Shown here piece after piece: positions 1 through 6,672 of a DNA stretch of 20,000 nucleotides (position 1 is the first letter of the stretch; each line of letters begins with the position of its first letter). Origin of the DNA: an uncultured virus (IMG/VR IMGVR_UViG_3300025882_000423) (taxonomy: Duplodnaviria > Heunggongvirae > Uroviricota > Caudoviricetes). Below the pieces are notes generated by a model. That model did no database searches. It had not been told where the DNA came from and saw only the letters and a list, made by a program, of their open reading frames with translations. Position numbers and translations under genes: made by a program. The stretch lies in the IMG/VR virus record IMGVR_UViG_3300025882_000423; one strand, 5' to 3'.

Positions 1-1
1 A

Positions 2-625
2 CACATCGGTGTTATACACCGTGTCAGAGTCAGTGTTAGTTTGGCTATATAGTTCGGCATTAGTACGCTCTTGCAAGTAAAACGCCTGTGGAGCGCGTTT
101 TGTGCAAAGCAATACCCAAGGCTCTAATGCGCCCGCTTGCATATTGCTTACAGTTGCCGCTGTACCTGAGCCATCTTCGTTTGGGGCTACTGGGTGATCT
201 GTATCAAAAAAGAATTGGCCGTCATAACAAATGGTCGAGAATGCTGCTTTAATTGCGCCAAAGATTAAATCGTTTTTCAGATCAACAACAGACTGGCCGA
301 AGCTCTCAGCCACGTCGCCATACATTTCAAGGTTGTTATCTTCAAACGCTTCGCGTGGTACATCAAGCGTATTTTCAAACTTGCGGTTTGGCACGGTGTA
401 AGCGCGCTCTTTAACCGTTTTGTGTAAACGAGAGCCTACCCATTCGCGGAATGCTGGGAATTGTGATAACCATGCGTAAGTGTTGCTGGCACCGCCAGAG
501 CCAATACGCTTGGCAATTTGTTTCCATGTCTCTTCAGACATGCCCAAGCCTGCATTAAAGCGGGTTTGGATAGTGGTGTTAAACGCATTAATTTGCGCTT
601 GGGTTAAAATTGTAGCTGCTACCAT
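2..625 (-). CDS. Mu-like major capsid protein (gpT), runs off the left edge of the window
   Basis: Not in the ORF track. Manual translation from ATG at 625 (AGGAG at 637-633) gives MVAATILTQAQINAFNTTIQTRFNAGLG...NTYAWLSQFPAFREWVGSR...NRKFENTLDVPREAFEDNNL...ICYDGQFFFDTDHPV. The REW(V/I)G and CYDGQ.FFDTDHPV motifs are typical of Mu gpT. The frame is open to the window edge and follows the protease gene. Confidence 0.95.
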   Translation of the reverse strand, partial: MVAATILTQAQINAFNTTIQTRFNAGLGMSEETWKQIAKRIGSGGASNTYAWLSQFPAFREWVGSRLHKTVKERAYTVPNRKFENTLDVPREAFEDNNLEMYGDVAESFGQSVVDLKNDLIFGAIKAAFSTICYDGQFFFDTDHPVAPNEDGSGTAATVSNMQAGALEPWVLLCTKRAPQAFYLQERTNAELYSQTNTDSDTVYNTDV

Positions 626-658
626 TTTTGATCTCCTAAAGTGATCTGATTAGTTAAT

Positions 659-1126
659 TTAAGCTTGTGCTTGTTGTTTACGTGTTAACTCAGCCTGTTT
701 GGTTTTAGCAAACTCTTCAGGCTTCACACCCATGCGCGAACACATCGCCAACTCAGCTTCATCTAAGCCGTGGTTAATATCTTTGTGAGCAGGGTCAGCT
801 TGACGGCCTTGTGGCACCAACGGTGTGGTGGCTTCCAAGTATTCCGTCAGTGCAGCAAGGTTGAGTTTTTCAGCCCACGCTTTTTGTGCTGGCGCTACAC
901 GGCCATCAGTCAGCGCAGTCTGTAACAAATCTGCATGGGCTTTTTTTTCAGCCGCCAGTGCTGCTTGCGCTTTCTCTTCATCCATTTTTGCTAGCTTGTT
1001 GGTTAGCTCGGTTTTATCTGCTGTGAGCGCAATCACTTGCTCATTGGCTGTTTTTAAATCAGCAGTGAGTTTTGCCATTTGAGTGGTCAGCGCGGCTAAC
1101 TCGGTGTCTTGTTTGTTATCGGGCAT
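659..1126 (-). CDS. Nested in-frame scaffolding protein (Mu gpZ equivalent), 155 aa
   Basis: In-frame internal ATG at 1126 (MPDNKQDTEL...) with AGGAG at 1139-1135 and 8-nt spacing. It falls at the boundary between the protease domain and the coiled-coil region, as in Mu I/Z. Confidence 0.75.
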   Translation of the reverse strand: MPDNKQDTELAALTTQMAKLTADLKTANEQVIALTADKTELTNKLAKMDEEKAQAALAAEKKAHADLLQTALTDGRVAPAQKAWAEKLNLAALTEYLEATTPLVPQGRQADPAHKDINHGLDEAELAMCSRMGVKPEEFAKTKQAELTRKQQAQA

Positions 1127-1645
1127 TGCAATGTCTCCTGTGTAAAAGTCTTGCGTGGATTTGGTAAGGGCAGCCAAAGCTTTAAGGCCATCAAGCGCTG
1201 GCGTGTTGGTAAGGGCGACAGATACGATGTTGACAATCTCGCCAGTTTTAGCGTGGTAGTTAAATACAGCACTGATGTATTTGTATTCTTTGGTGCGAAT
1301 ATGCTCGAGTGCTGCTTGTGTCCATTCAATGTTGACAGCCCATAGGCCATCATCACGATATTCCATTTGCTTAAACCAACCTGCAGCAATGACTTTTTGA
1401 CCGTTTTCTTCAGCACGTAAGCTTTGATGCTCATAGTCAATCAGCGTCATGTTTTTGCGTACTGCCATGACGGCGATAATATTTTTTGCAATAGCGGCTG
1501 AAAGCTTAAAACTATCGACATTCAGAGGACGGCCATCATCTGGCGTAAAGTCGCCTGCAGGCAGCAAGTGTGCCTCATGATTATTTGGCTCGATGCTGCC
1601 ATCGAACACAAAAGACATCGACATTACATTTTGATTTTTAGCCAC
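659..1645 (-). CDS. Mu-like prohead protease/scaffold protein (gpI)
   Basis: Motifs LLPAGDF..DGRP, IDYEHQ, AAGW, EYKYISAVF and VALTNTPAL are characteristic of Mu-type protease I. C-terminal half is a coiled coil. GTG start with GAGG upstream. Confidence 0.93.
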   Translation of the reverse strand: MAKNQNVMSMSFVFDGSIEPNNHEAHLLPAGDFTPDDGRPLNVDSFKLSAAIAKNIIAVMAVRKNMTLIDYEHQSLRAEENGQKVIAAGWFKQMEYRDDGLWAVNIEWTQAALEHIRTKEYKYISAVFNYHAKTGEIVNIVSVALTNTPALDGLKALAALTKSTQDFYTGDIAMPDNKQDTELAALTTQMAKLTADLKTANEQVIALTADKTELTNKLAKMDEEKAQAALAAEKKAHADLLQTALTDGRVAPAQKAWAEKLNLAALTEYLEATTPLVPQGRQADPAHKDINHGLDEAELAMCSRMGVKPEEFAKTKQAELTRKQQAQA

Positions 1646-1670
1646 TCAATAGCCCTCGGTTAATAAGTGC

Positions 1671-1720
1671 ATTGTGGGCTGTGGCATTAATTAAAATAAC
1701 ATGCGAAATGTTTCGCGGTG
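1671..1720 (-). promoter_or_regulatory. Activator-dependent late promoter for the protease/capsid operon
   Basis: On the - strand, CACCGCGAAACATTTCGC (1720-1703, dyad GCGAAA-CA-TTTCGC) is followed by 26 nt and then CACAAT (1676-1671). The same 18-mer with the same spacing occurs at 11781. Confidence 0.75.
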
Positions 1721-1734
1721 CCAGAGGGTGGCTT

Positions 1735-1840
1735 AGATTTGATTTAACGCGTTTTGGCGCGTTTTTGTTTTTGGCTGCGCTAATGATACCAACTCAAAGG
1801 TGTTAAACGTTTGTGGGATTATTTAAACGCATTTTTGCTG
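1735..1840. other. Possible strong gyrase site (SGS)-like element
   Basis: Non-coding stretch with alternating T-tracts and CGCG blocks at roughly 10-bp spacing (gatttaacgc gttttggcgc gttttt... tgttaaacgt... atttaaacgc attttt). It lies just upstream of the protease promoter, where Mu carries its SGS. Inference only. Confidence 0.4.
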
Positions 1841-1862
1841 GGTATTCGATTGAGTGCTTTGC

Positions 1863-2270
1863 TTAAAATAAGTCAAACTGCCTGTCATCCTCTTCACGGC
1901 AGATATTTAAGATGTGCCGTGAGGTGAGGCGATAGTTTTTTGCAAGCTTTGATAATGTAGATTTGCTGCGCTCTTTGCGAATTTGCGTATCGCGTACCAG
2001 AATAAATAATTTGTCAGCTTTTGGTAGGCAAATACGATCTGCGCTATCAAGCATATTTGCCAGTGCAATACGCAAGCGCATCAACTCATCATCAGCAAGC
2101 CCAAGTGCATAGCTTTTATGCTTTGGCAAACTCACTAATACGCCACCGTGCGTTGATAAAAAATCACGGGCACGGGCAAAGCCGAGCGCTTTAACAATAC
2201 CGCGTAATGCAGGCGGCAAGGTTTTAAGCAGCTCTGGTTCTACATTCGGCCATGTGATTTGATTTGTCAT
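1863..2270 (-). CDS. mor: Mor/C-family transcription activator
   Basis: LP...IV..LG......F...HGG..V.LPK N-terminal part and a C-terminal HTH (RDTQIR...LSKLAKNYRLTSRHILNI). Follows gemA. Start moved to ATG 2270 (TAATG coupling with the gemA stop). Confidence 0.85.
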   Translation of the reverse strand: MTNQITWPNVEPELLKTLPPALRGIVKALGFARARDFLSTHGGVLVSLPKHKSYALGLADDELMRLRIALANMLDSADRICLPKADKLFILVRDTQIRKERSKSTLSKLAKNYRLTSRHILNICREEDDRQFDLF

Positions 2271-2722
2271 TAACGTGCTGCCCAAGCTTTGAGTGACTCA
2301 ATAATCACTGAGCACTCTTTCAGTGATAGCTCATCTAGGTTATTGACCTGTTTGCCAGTTTGACGGCCACAAAATTTAAGTAGGCTGGCACGGGTGGTAG
2401 ATTCCACCTTGCCCGCTTGGCCTAGCTTGGCCCATAATTTAAAAATGTTGGCAATGCGTGGCGGTACATCTTTACGCGTGTTGTTTGCTTTGTCATTAAA
2501 GCTGCGCGTGCGCGGCCAGCCACGTTTTTCATAATCTTCTAGTGCTGCGGCGAGCTGCGGCATATTCATGCTGCTTGCTGAGATACGGCCTTCAATTTCA
2601 ACTGCGCCATGACGGGCGAGTAAATTGCGGTGCAGATCATCGCACCAGCCGGGGAGGTTTTTTTCAGCCCAACTTTTGGCAATGCCAAGCAGCTGGCGGT
2701 AATGTTTTATGAGATCACTCAT
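2270..2722 (-). CDS. gemA: GemA / Mu gp16 (DUF1018)-like regulatory protein
   Basis: Pattern DD.HR.LL......SAS.M...QL...L....KRGW followed by KI..LW-like (NIFKLWAKL) and L....CS.IIESLKAW..R. Canonical position just before mor. Confidence 0.85.
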   Translation of the reverse strand: MSDLIKHYRQLLGIAKSWAEKNLPGWCDDLHRNLLARHGAVEIEGRISASSMNMPQLAAALEDYEKRGWPRTRSFNDKANNTRKDVPPRIANIFKLWAKLGQAGKVESTTRASLLKFCGRQTGKQVNNLDELSLKECSVIIESLKAWAAR

Positions 2723-2958
2723 GGCTGACCTATTGCTCCTGATGTTGTGCGATCTAATCCGTTCTGAATGGCATTTTCGTGAGGCTCAATTGTTTCTTCA
2801 ATCATATGCAGATCAATATCCAATACTTCACACCAGACCTCACTAGGACTTTCTACTTTAGCGAACTGGTTCCAATATCTATTTACACTATAATATCTAC
2901 CTAGAAATATCAGTCTTTCTGACTGTCCTATCCAATTGTACTTACCACCGATTTTCAT
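2719..2958 (-). CDS. Hypothetical phage protein (79 aa)
   Basis: Start MKIGGKYNW at ATG 2958 with AGGAG at 2970-2966. ATGA overlap with gemA. AT-richer than its neighbours. Confidence 0.7.
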   Translation of the reverse strand: MKIGGKYNWIGQSERLIFLGRYYSVNRYWNQFAKVESPSEVWCEVLDIDLHMIEETIEPHENAIQNGLDRTTSGAIGQP

Positions 2959-2971
2959 TTTTACTCTCCTG

Positions 2972-3005
2972 AAAATCATCTTGTTAACATCAACAAGATG
3001 ATTTT
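2972..3005. repeat. Perfect 14-bp inverted repeat with 6-nt spacer
   Basis: AAAATCATCTTGTT-aacatc-AACAAGATGATTTT, intergenic between HU and the 79-aa gene. Confidence 0.85.
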
Positions 3006-3038
3006 TTATTAAATTGCTCAGTATTAAGTTGCTTAGGT

Positions 3039-3317
3039 TTAGCCTGCGTTAACTGCATCCTTAAGCGCTTTAGCAGCACTAAAGCCGGGCACATTTTTGG
3101 CGGGGATTTGAATTGCCTCGCCTGTTTGCGGGTTGCGGCCAGTGCGTGCTTTACGTTGGCTAACTTTTAGCTTGCCTAGGCCGTGTAATGTGACTTCATT
3201 GCCTTTGGCTAACTCATGTTGGGTAACCGTTGTTAATGCTTCTAGCACGCGCTCTGCATCAGCTTTGGTAGTGCCTGATGCGTTTGCTACGGCGTCAATT
3301 AAATCTTGTTTATTCAT
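3039..3317 (-). CDS. HU family DNA-binding protein (phage-encoded)
   Basis: MNKQDLIDAVA...TKADA...V.L.GLG.L....RKARTGRNPQTGEAIQIPAK.VP.F.A.KALKDAVN, the classic HU signature. Confidence 0.97.
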   Translation of the reverse strand: MNKQDLIDAVANASGTTKADAERVLEALTTVTQHELAKGNEVTLHGLGKLKVSQRKARTGRNPQTGEAIQIPAKNVPGFSAAKALKDAVNAG

Positions 3318-3360
3318 GGTTTAAATCCTTTTAAAATGTAAAAAATGTTTGTTTTAAGTT

Positions 3361-3462
3361 GACCGCGCCCGCTGTTTGGATGACGCGCCCGAAGGCGTGG
3401 AGGTCAAACAAGCGTCACGGTCTGCTGCGGTTATATCCCCACTCACAGCTTGGGTTGTGGAT
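3361..3462 (-). ncRNA. Candidate structured RNA (possible pseudoknot plus a long hairpin capped by cUUCGg)
   Basis: Minus-strand hairpin at 3422-3361 with stems GACCGUG/CGCGGUC, CGCU/AGCG, GUUUG/CAAAC and CGCC-UUCG-GGCG. Upstream, the interleaved pairings CCCA/UGGG (or CCAC/GUGG) and GCUGUG/CGCAGC are possible. Confidence 0.55.
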
Positions 3463-3469
3463 CAACAAT

Positions 3470-3718
3470 CTACTTTTTCATCCATTTATCGTGCGCCCAC
3501 ATGCTGGCTATAATGGCAAATGGCCCTGCGCTTAAATAAGCGCTCATTTCAAAAAAGCCCGCCTGTGGTACGGTTTTAAATAGCACTAAGTTGCTGGTGC
3601 CGATTAAGAAGCTGGTAAAGAATGCAGCAAAGTAATGGCCACGGTTAACATTCATGCTCTGAAAACCGAGCGCAAATACCAGGACGAAAGTGCTACCAAA
3701 AATAAGTGCGGCTTCCAT
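3470..3718 (-). CDS. Small membrane protein (82 aa, about 3 hydrophobic segments)
   Basis: Likely start MEAALIFG at ATG 3718, with GGAGG upstream and TAATG coupling to the previous gene. Strongly hydrophobic sequence. Confidence 0.8.
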   Translation of the reverse strand: MEAALIFGSTFVLVFALGFQSMNVNRGHYFAAFFTSFLIGTSNLVLFKTVPQAGFFEMSAYLSAGPFAIIASMWAHDKWMKK

Positions 3719-3939
3719 TAAATATCCTCCGCGCTGCGAGGTACAAAGCTGGCACATACCGCGTTTACTTGTGTAGAGAATCTGCCAAGACTGCAAAATG
3801 CACCGTGGTTTTTGTCAATGCTTCCGCAATCACCACACTTTTGTACTAAGCCTTTTTTATTGCGCTCTTGTGGACTAAGCCATTCACGCTTAAAGCGCAC
3901 TTGCTCTGTCCATGTGCCAGATTGATCAGCTTTCATCAC
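3718..3939 (-). CDS. Hypothetical Cys-rich (putative Zn-binding) protein
   Basis: CGDC...FC...VC..F pattern. Overlaps both neighbours by coupled start/stop codons. Confidence 0.75.
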   Translation of the reverse strand: MMKADQSGTWTEQVRFKREWLSPQERNKKGLVQKCGDCGSIDKNHGAFCSLGRFSTQVNAVCASFVPRSAEDI

Positions 3940-4547
3940 ACGCTCGCAATATCTAAGCTAATGGGAGTGTATTCATCACTGTCACCCACACGCTTGTAAA
4001 TGCGCACATAAGCTTTGGTGCCAGCCACGCGCAGGCTATCTGATATGGCATCCATCGCTTGATGCCAGTCTCTATCTTCAATTTTGTGTTGACGCAGGCT
4101 CAGCACTTTGGTGGTACTAATCTTGCCTTCTTTATCTACTTCAAATGCGCCATTAACCAACACGCGAATATTGTCGTTGATGCCTTCAGCCCAGCGATTG
4201 ATGCACTCGTCAATCAAGTGCTTTGCCGCTTGCAGGCGCTCATCAAACACCAAGTTTTCAGCATAAGCGCGCTGTATTTTGTAGCGGCCATCGTAGCTGG
4301 TGAGGGTGACATTGCCTTTGTTGCCACCCAGCTTGGCGCCATATTGCTCACCGCTGATCTGCACAAAGGCGGCAATGTTGCCAAAAACATTGTCTTTGTA
4401 AGCTTTAATCAACTCGTGCAGCTCAATGGCTTCAAGCACAATTTCATTGACTAAGTTGTCACGCATCAAGTCGATTTCTTTAATTTTGCTAATTGGCACT
4501 AAATTGCCTTTTGCATCTTCTCTGTAGCCTTCTGGTATTGCGGTCAT
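3936..4547 (-). CDS. DUF3164 family protein (conserved Mu-like early protein, often suggested to be Gam-like)
   Basis: IPEGY.EDAKG.LVP...IK..D..RD, YGAK.GG.KGNVTL.SYDG.YKI, FDERLQAAK.LIDEC, AF.VDKEGKI, W..AMDAI.DS, Y.PI.LD.A. Confidence 0.9.
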   Translation of the reverse strand: MTAIPEGYREDAKGNLVPISKIKEIDLMRDNLVNEIVLEAIELHELIKAYKDNVFGNIAAFVQISGEQYGAKLGGNKGNVTLTSYDGRYKIQRAYAENLVFDERLQAAKHLIDECINRWAEGINDNIRVLVNGAFEVDKEGKISTTKVLSLRQHKIEDRDWHQAMDAISDSLRVAGTKAYVRIYKRVGDSDEYTPISLDIASV

Positions 4548-5053
4548 TTTGTTTCTCCTAGGTTGGTTAATTTTTTAAGGGTTGCTTTTAAGTTCACGGG
4601 TGCATCTTTTTTAATCTGCTTGGCTGTGTGCACCTCGCCATATTTGCGGCCTTGCTCTTGTTGACGCTCGGCTTGAGTTGCGGCTTTCTCAGCCATGCCT
4701 GCAATAATCTCAAGCAAGTAGCCGTGGCTTTTAATCGGTAAGCTGAGCTTGTCACGGCTGGCCAACATAGTTTCAATCGCTTGCTGCCAATAAGCTTGCG
4801 GTGCGGCGTAAATAGTGCCGCTGCGTGTGATTTGGCCTGACTTAATCATGGGTACCAACTCATCGAGCAGCTTTGCCAATTTGCTCATGCTGATAGCGTG
4901 CTTGGCTGGCTTAAAGAGCTGCACGTAGCGAATAAGAAAGCTGCCAATTTCAGTGAGCTCAAACGCACGCACTACCGCCTGACGCGCTGCCACATCATTG
5001 AGTGCAGATTCAAGCGGGTATTCAGCTTGGCAAATTGGGCAGACGAGTTTCAC
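4544..5053 (-). CDS. Conserved Mu-like early hypothetical protein with N-terminal CxxC
   Basis: MKLVCPICQ...D..AR, Y..LF.P.K, W..AI..ML..R..L.LP.K.HGYL.EI, a pattern recurrent in Mu-like early regions. Coupled overlaps with neighbours. Confidence 0.85.
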   Translation of the reverse strand: MKLVCPICQAEYPLESALNDVAARQAVVRAFELTEIGSFLIRYVQLFKPAKHAISMSKLAKLLDELVPMIKSGQITRSGTIYAAPQAYWQQAIETMLASRDKLSLPIKSHGYLLEIIAGMAEKAATQAERQQEQGRKYGEVHTAKQIKKDAPVNLKATLKKLTNLGETK

Positions 5054-5256
5054 GCTGGCTCCGAGTCATTTTGTTTAGATAAATCAAATTCAATACGATT
5101 AAAAACATCTGCAATTTTGTTTAATCTGATTTCGATTTCACAATTAGCTACATGTATGCTTACTGATGGATCGTCACCAGCCTTTAGCTGTTTTGCAAAA
5201 TTGCAAACCACATCAGCAAGCCAATCTTTAGCGGGTTGTTGTAAGTTTCCAATCAT
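5050..5256 (-). CDS. Hypothetical protein (68 aa)
   Basis: Fills the gap in the operon. GGAG upstream, GTGA overlap with the next gene. AT-rich. Confidence 0.65.
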   Translation of the reverse strand: MIGNLQQPAKDWLADVVCNFAKQLKAGDDPSVSIHVANCEIEIRLNKIADVFNRIEFDLSKQNDSEPA

Positions 5257-5259
5257 GGC

Positions 5260-6018
5260 TTACTCCATCGCACCGACAATTGGCATAACTTGCTCGCTAA
5301 GAAACTCAACCACATCTTTGGTTTGCGCTGGGTTAAGCTCAATCGGCATACCGTAATCATTTAATCCAAATAGCATCAAGCAACCATCGTTGGTATATGC
5401 CACGCGGAAAGGTTTAGTAGCTTGCTCAGCCACTTTTGGCGCGATAGGCGTTGGTTTTGGTATAGATAAGCTCTCGTACACCTTATCAATATCAATTACT
5501 GGTGCATCGAGTGGCGCTTCTAGCAATGTAGTTGCCAAGTCAGCCATATTTTCAACGGCTTTTGTTTGCAGCTCTGGCGCACGCACGCGACTAGGTTCTA
5601 CCTTGGCTGTATCTTTCGGTGCATCTTCAGCCATATAAAACATGCGGCCTCTTCCATCTGGTACTGGCATGGTGATGACTTCGCTTCTTGCTATCTCATG
5701 TTTAATGTATGCACATACGCCAGTTACGCCCATCGCTACGTCCAGCTCACCACCTGTAATGCCTGGTTGTTTTTTTATCAGTGCTAATGCATCTAATCTT
5801 GTACTCATCATTGTCTCCAAATGTTTGTTTCTCAATGGGCAAGCCGCGCGACCTGCAGGGGTGATTTGCCACATGCCACTTTTAAAGTCTGCGTAACCTT
5901 TTTTTTGCAATACATTAGCTGCGTGCGCACCATCAAATCTGGTATTTAAGTCTGATCCATCTATCGGGCCAGCTCGAAGCACCTGCAGCGTTGCAATTTC
6001 AAGGGCACTCAGTTTCAC
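5260..6018 (-). CDS. Hypothetical protein with two putative winged-HTH domains
   Basis: N-terminal L..L...P.....L......A.N.L.KKGY......W.IT.AGR and a second unit L.LIK.QPG.TG.EL...MG, followed by a Pro/Ala-rich linker and a small C-terminal domain. Confidence 0.75.
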   Translation of the reverse strand: MKLSALEIATLQVLRAGPIDGSDLNTRFDGAHAANVLQKKGYADFKSGMWQITPAGRAACPLRNKHLETMMSTRLDALALIKKQPGITGGELDVAMGVTGVCAYIKHEIARSEVITMPVPDGRGRMFYMAEDAPKDTAKVEPSRVRAPELQTKAVENMADLATTLLEAPLDAPVIDIDKVYESLSIPKPTPIAPKVAEQATKPFRVAYTNDGCLMLFGLNDYGMPIELNPAQTKDVVEFLSEQVMPIVGAME

Positions 6019-6263
6019 GCGGCTTGCCTTTGCATGTGGTTAAGTGCAGCGCGGCCAGCTTCGGTGATGCTGTACACATAGCTTTTGCTCATTTCAATTG
6101 CGCCTTCGGCCTGCATTTTTGATAGCAGCTGCTGCAAAGACACATCAAACAAATGGATGTGCGAAATCATGTTTGGCACGGTGGCTGGTTGTGCTGCCAG
6201 CAGCTCTAATATCTGCTGCTCGACGCTGCGAAAATAAAGCTGGTTAATCAAGTATTGCTGCAT
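6015..6263 (-). CDS. Small winged-HTH (MarR-like) protein
   Basis: E.QILELL...P.T...M...........LLSKM..EG.I......YSITEAGR..L. Likely ATG at 6263 after GGGGG. Confidence 0.75.
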   Translation of the reverse strand: MQQYLINQLYFRSVEQQILELLAAQPATVPNMISHIHLFDVSLQQLLSKMQAEGAIEMSKSYVYSITEAGRAALNHMQRQAA

Positions 6264-6265
6264 TG

Positions 6266-6352
6266 CTAAAACCCCCAAATTAAGCGACATGCCAAACAAA
6301 GTGCAAAAATTGGCACGGCTAGGTAAAATAAAATGGCTTTAATCATATGCAT
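6266..6352 (-). CDS. Putative 28-aa hydrophobic peptide
   Basis: MHMIKAILFYLAVPIFALCLACRLIWGF* exactly fills the gap between the stop at 6354 and the ATG at 6263. Not in the ORF track. Confidence 0.5.
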   Translation of the reverse strand: MHMIKAILFYLAVPIFALCLACRLIWGF

Positions 6353-6353
6353 G

Positions 6354-6542
6354 TTATTTATGCGCCAAGTGCCAGCTCATATCCCAGTTATGATGCGTGG
6401 TGAGCCACACTTTAATAGTGCGTAAAGTGCTTTTAAATCTGGTATCGTTGATATACATCGCAGGTGTTGCCACACGCTTTGTGTTAGTTGTACGTGTTTT
6501 TACGCGGTGTATCTGCGCCCAAGTTTGGTCATATTTAGTCAT
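6354..6542 (-). CDS. Hypothetical basic protein (62 aa)
   Basis: True start is probably MTKYDQTW at ATG 6542, with AGGAGG 8 nt upstream. The longer 136-aa ORF overlaps the B gene. Confidence 0.7.
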   Translation of the reverse strand: MTKYDQTWAQIHRVKTRTTNTKRVATPAMYINDTRFKSTLRTIKVWLTTHHNWDMSWHLAHK

Positions 6543-6661
6543 TGTGTTGCCTCCTGTTGAGTGTTTAAAAACGGGTCTTTGTGCTGCATGCGAACGGCTA
6601 AGACGATTACAATTAAAATGTTGATCACCAGCCATGTTGCTAAAACATAAAAGAGTGTCAT
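6539..6661 (-). CDS. Putative 40-aa single-pass membrane protein
   Basis: MTLFYVLATWLVINILIVIVLAVRMQHKDPFLNTQQEATQ*. GGAGG 5 nt before ATG 6661 and ATGA overlap with the next gene. Not in the ORF track. Confidence 0.7.
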   Translation of the reverse strand: MTLFYVLATWLVINILIVIVLAVRMQHKDPFLNTQQEATQ

Positions 6662-6672
6662 CTTGTCCTCCG

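Noticed and set aside
825..1440. Alternative ORFs overlapping the protease gene (825..1082+, 1096..1440-, 1109..1345+)
   Set aside because: Shadow frames of a well-supported gene, with no RBS or recognisable motifs.
3450..3480. Programmed frameshift or readthrough at ...ATG AAA AAG TAG upstream of the putative pseudoknot
   Set aside because: The -1 frame and the readthrough frame both hit stops within a few codons, and the slippery heptamer is not canonical.
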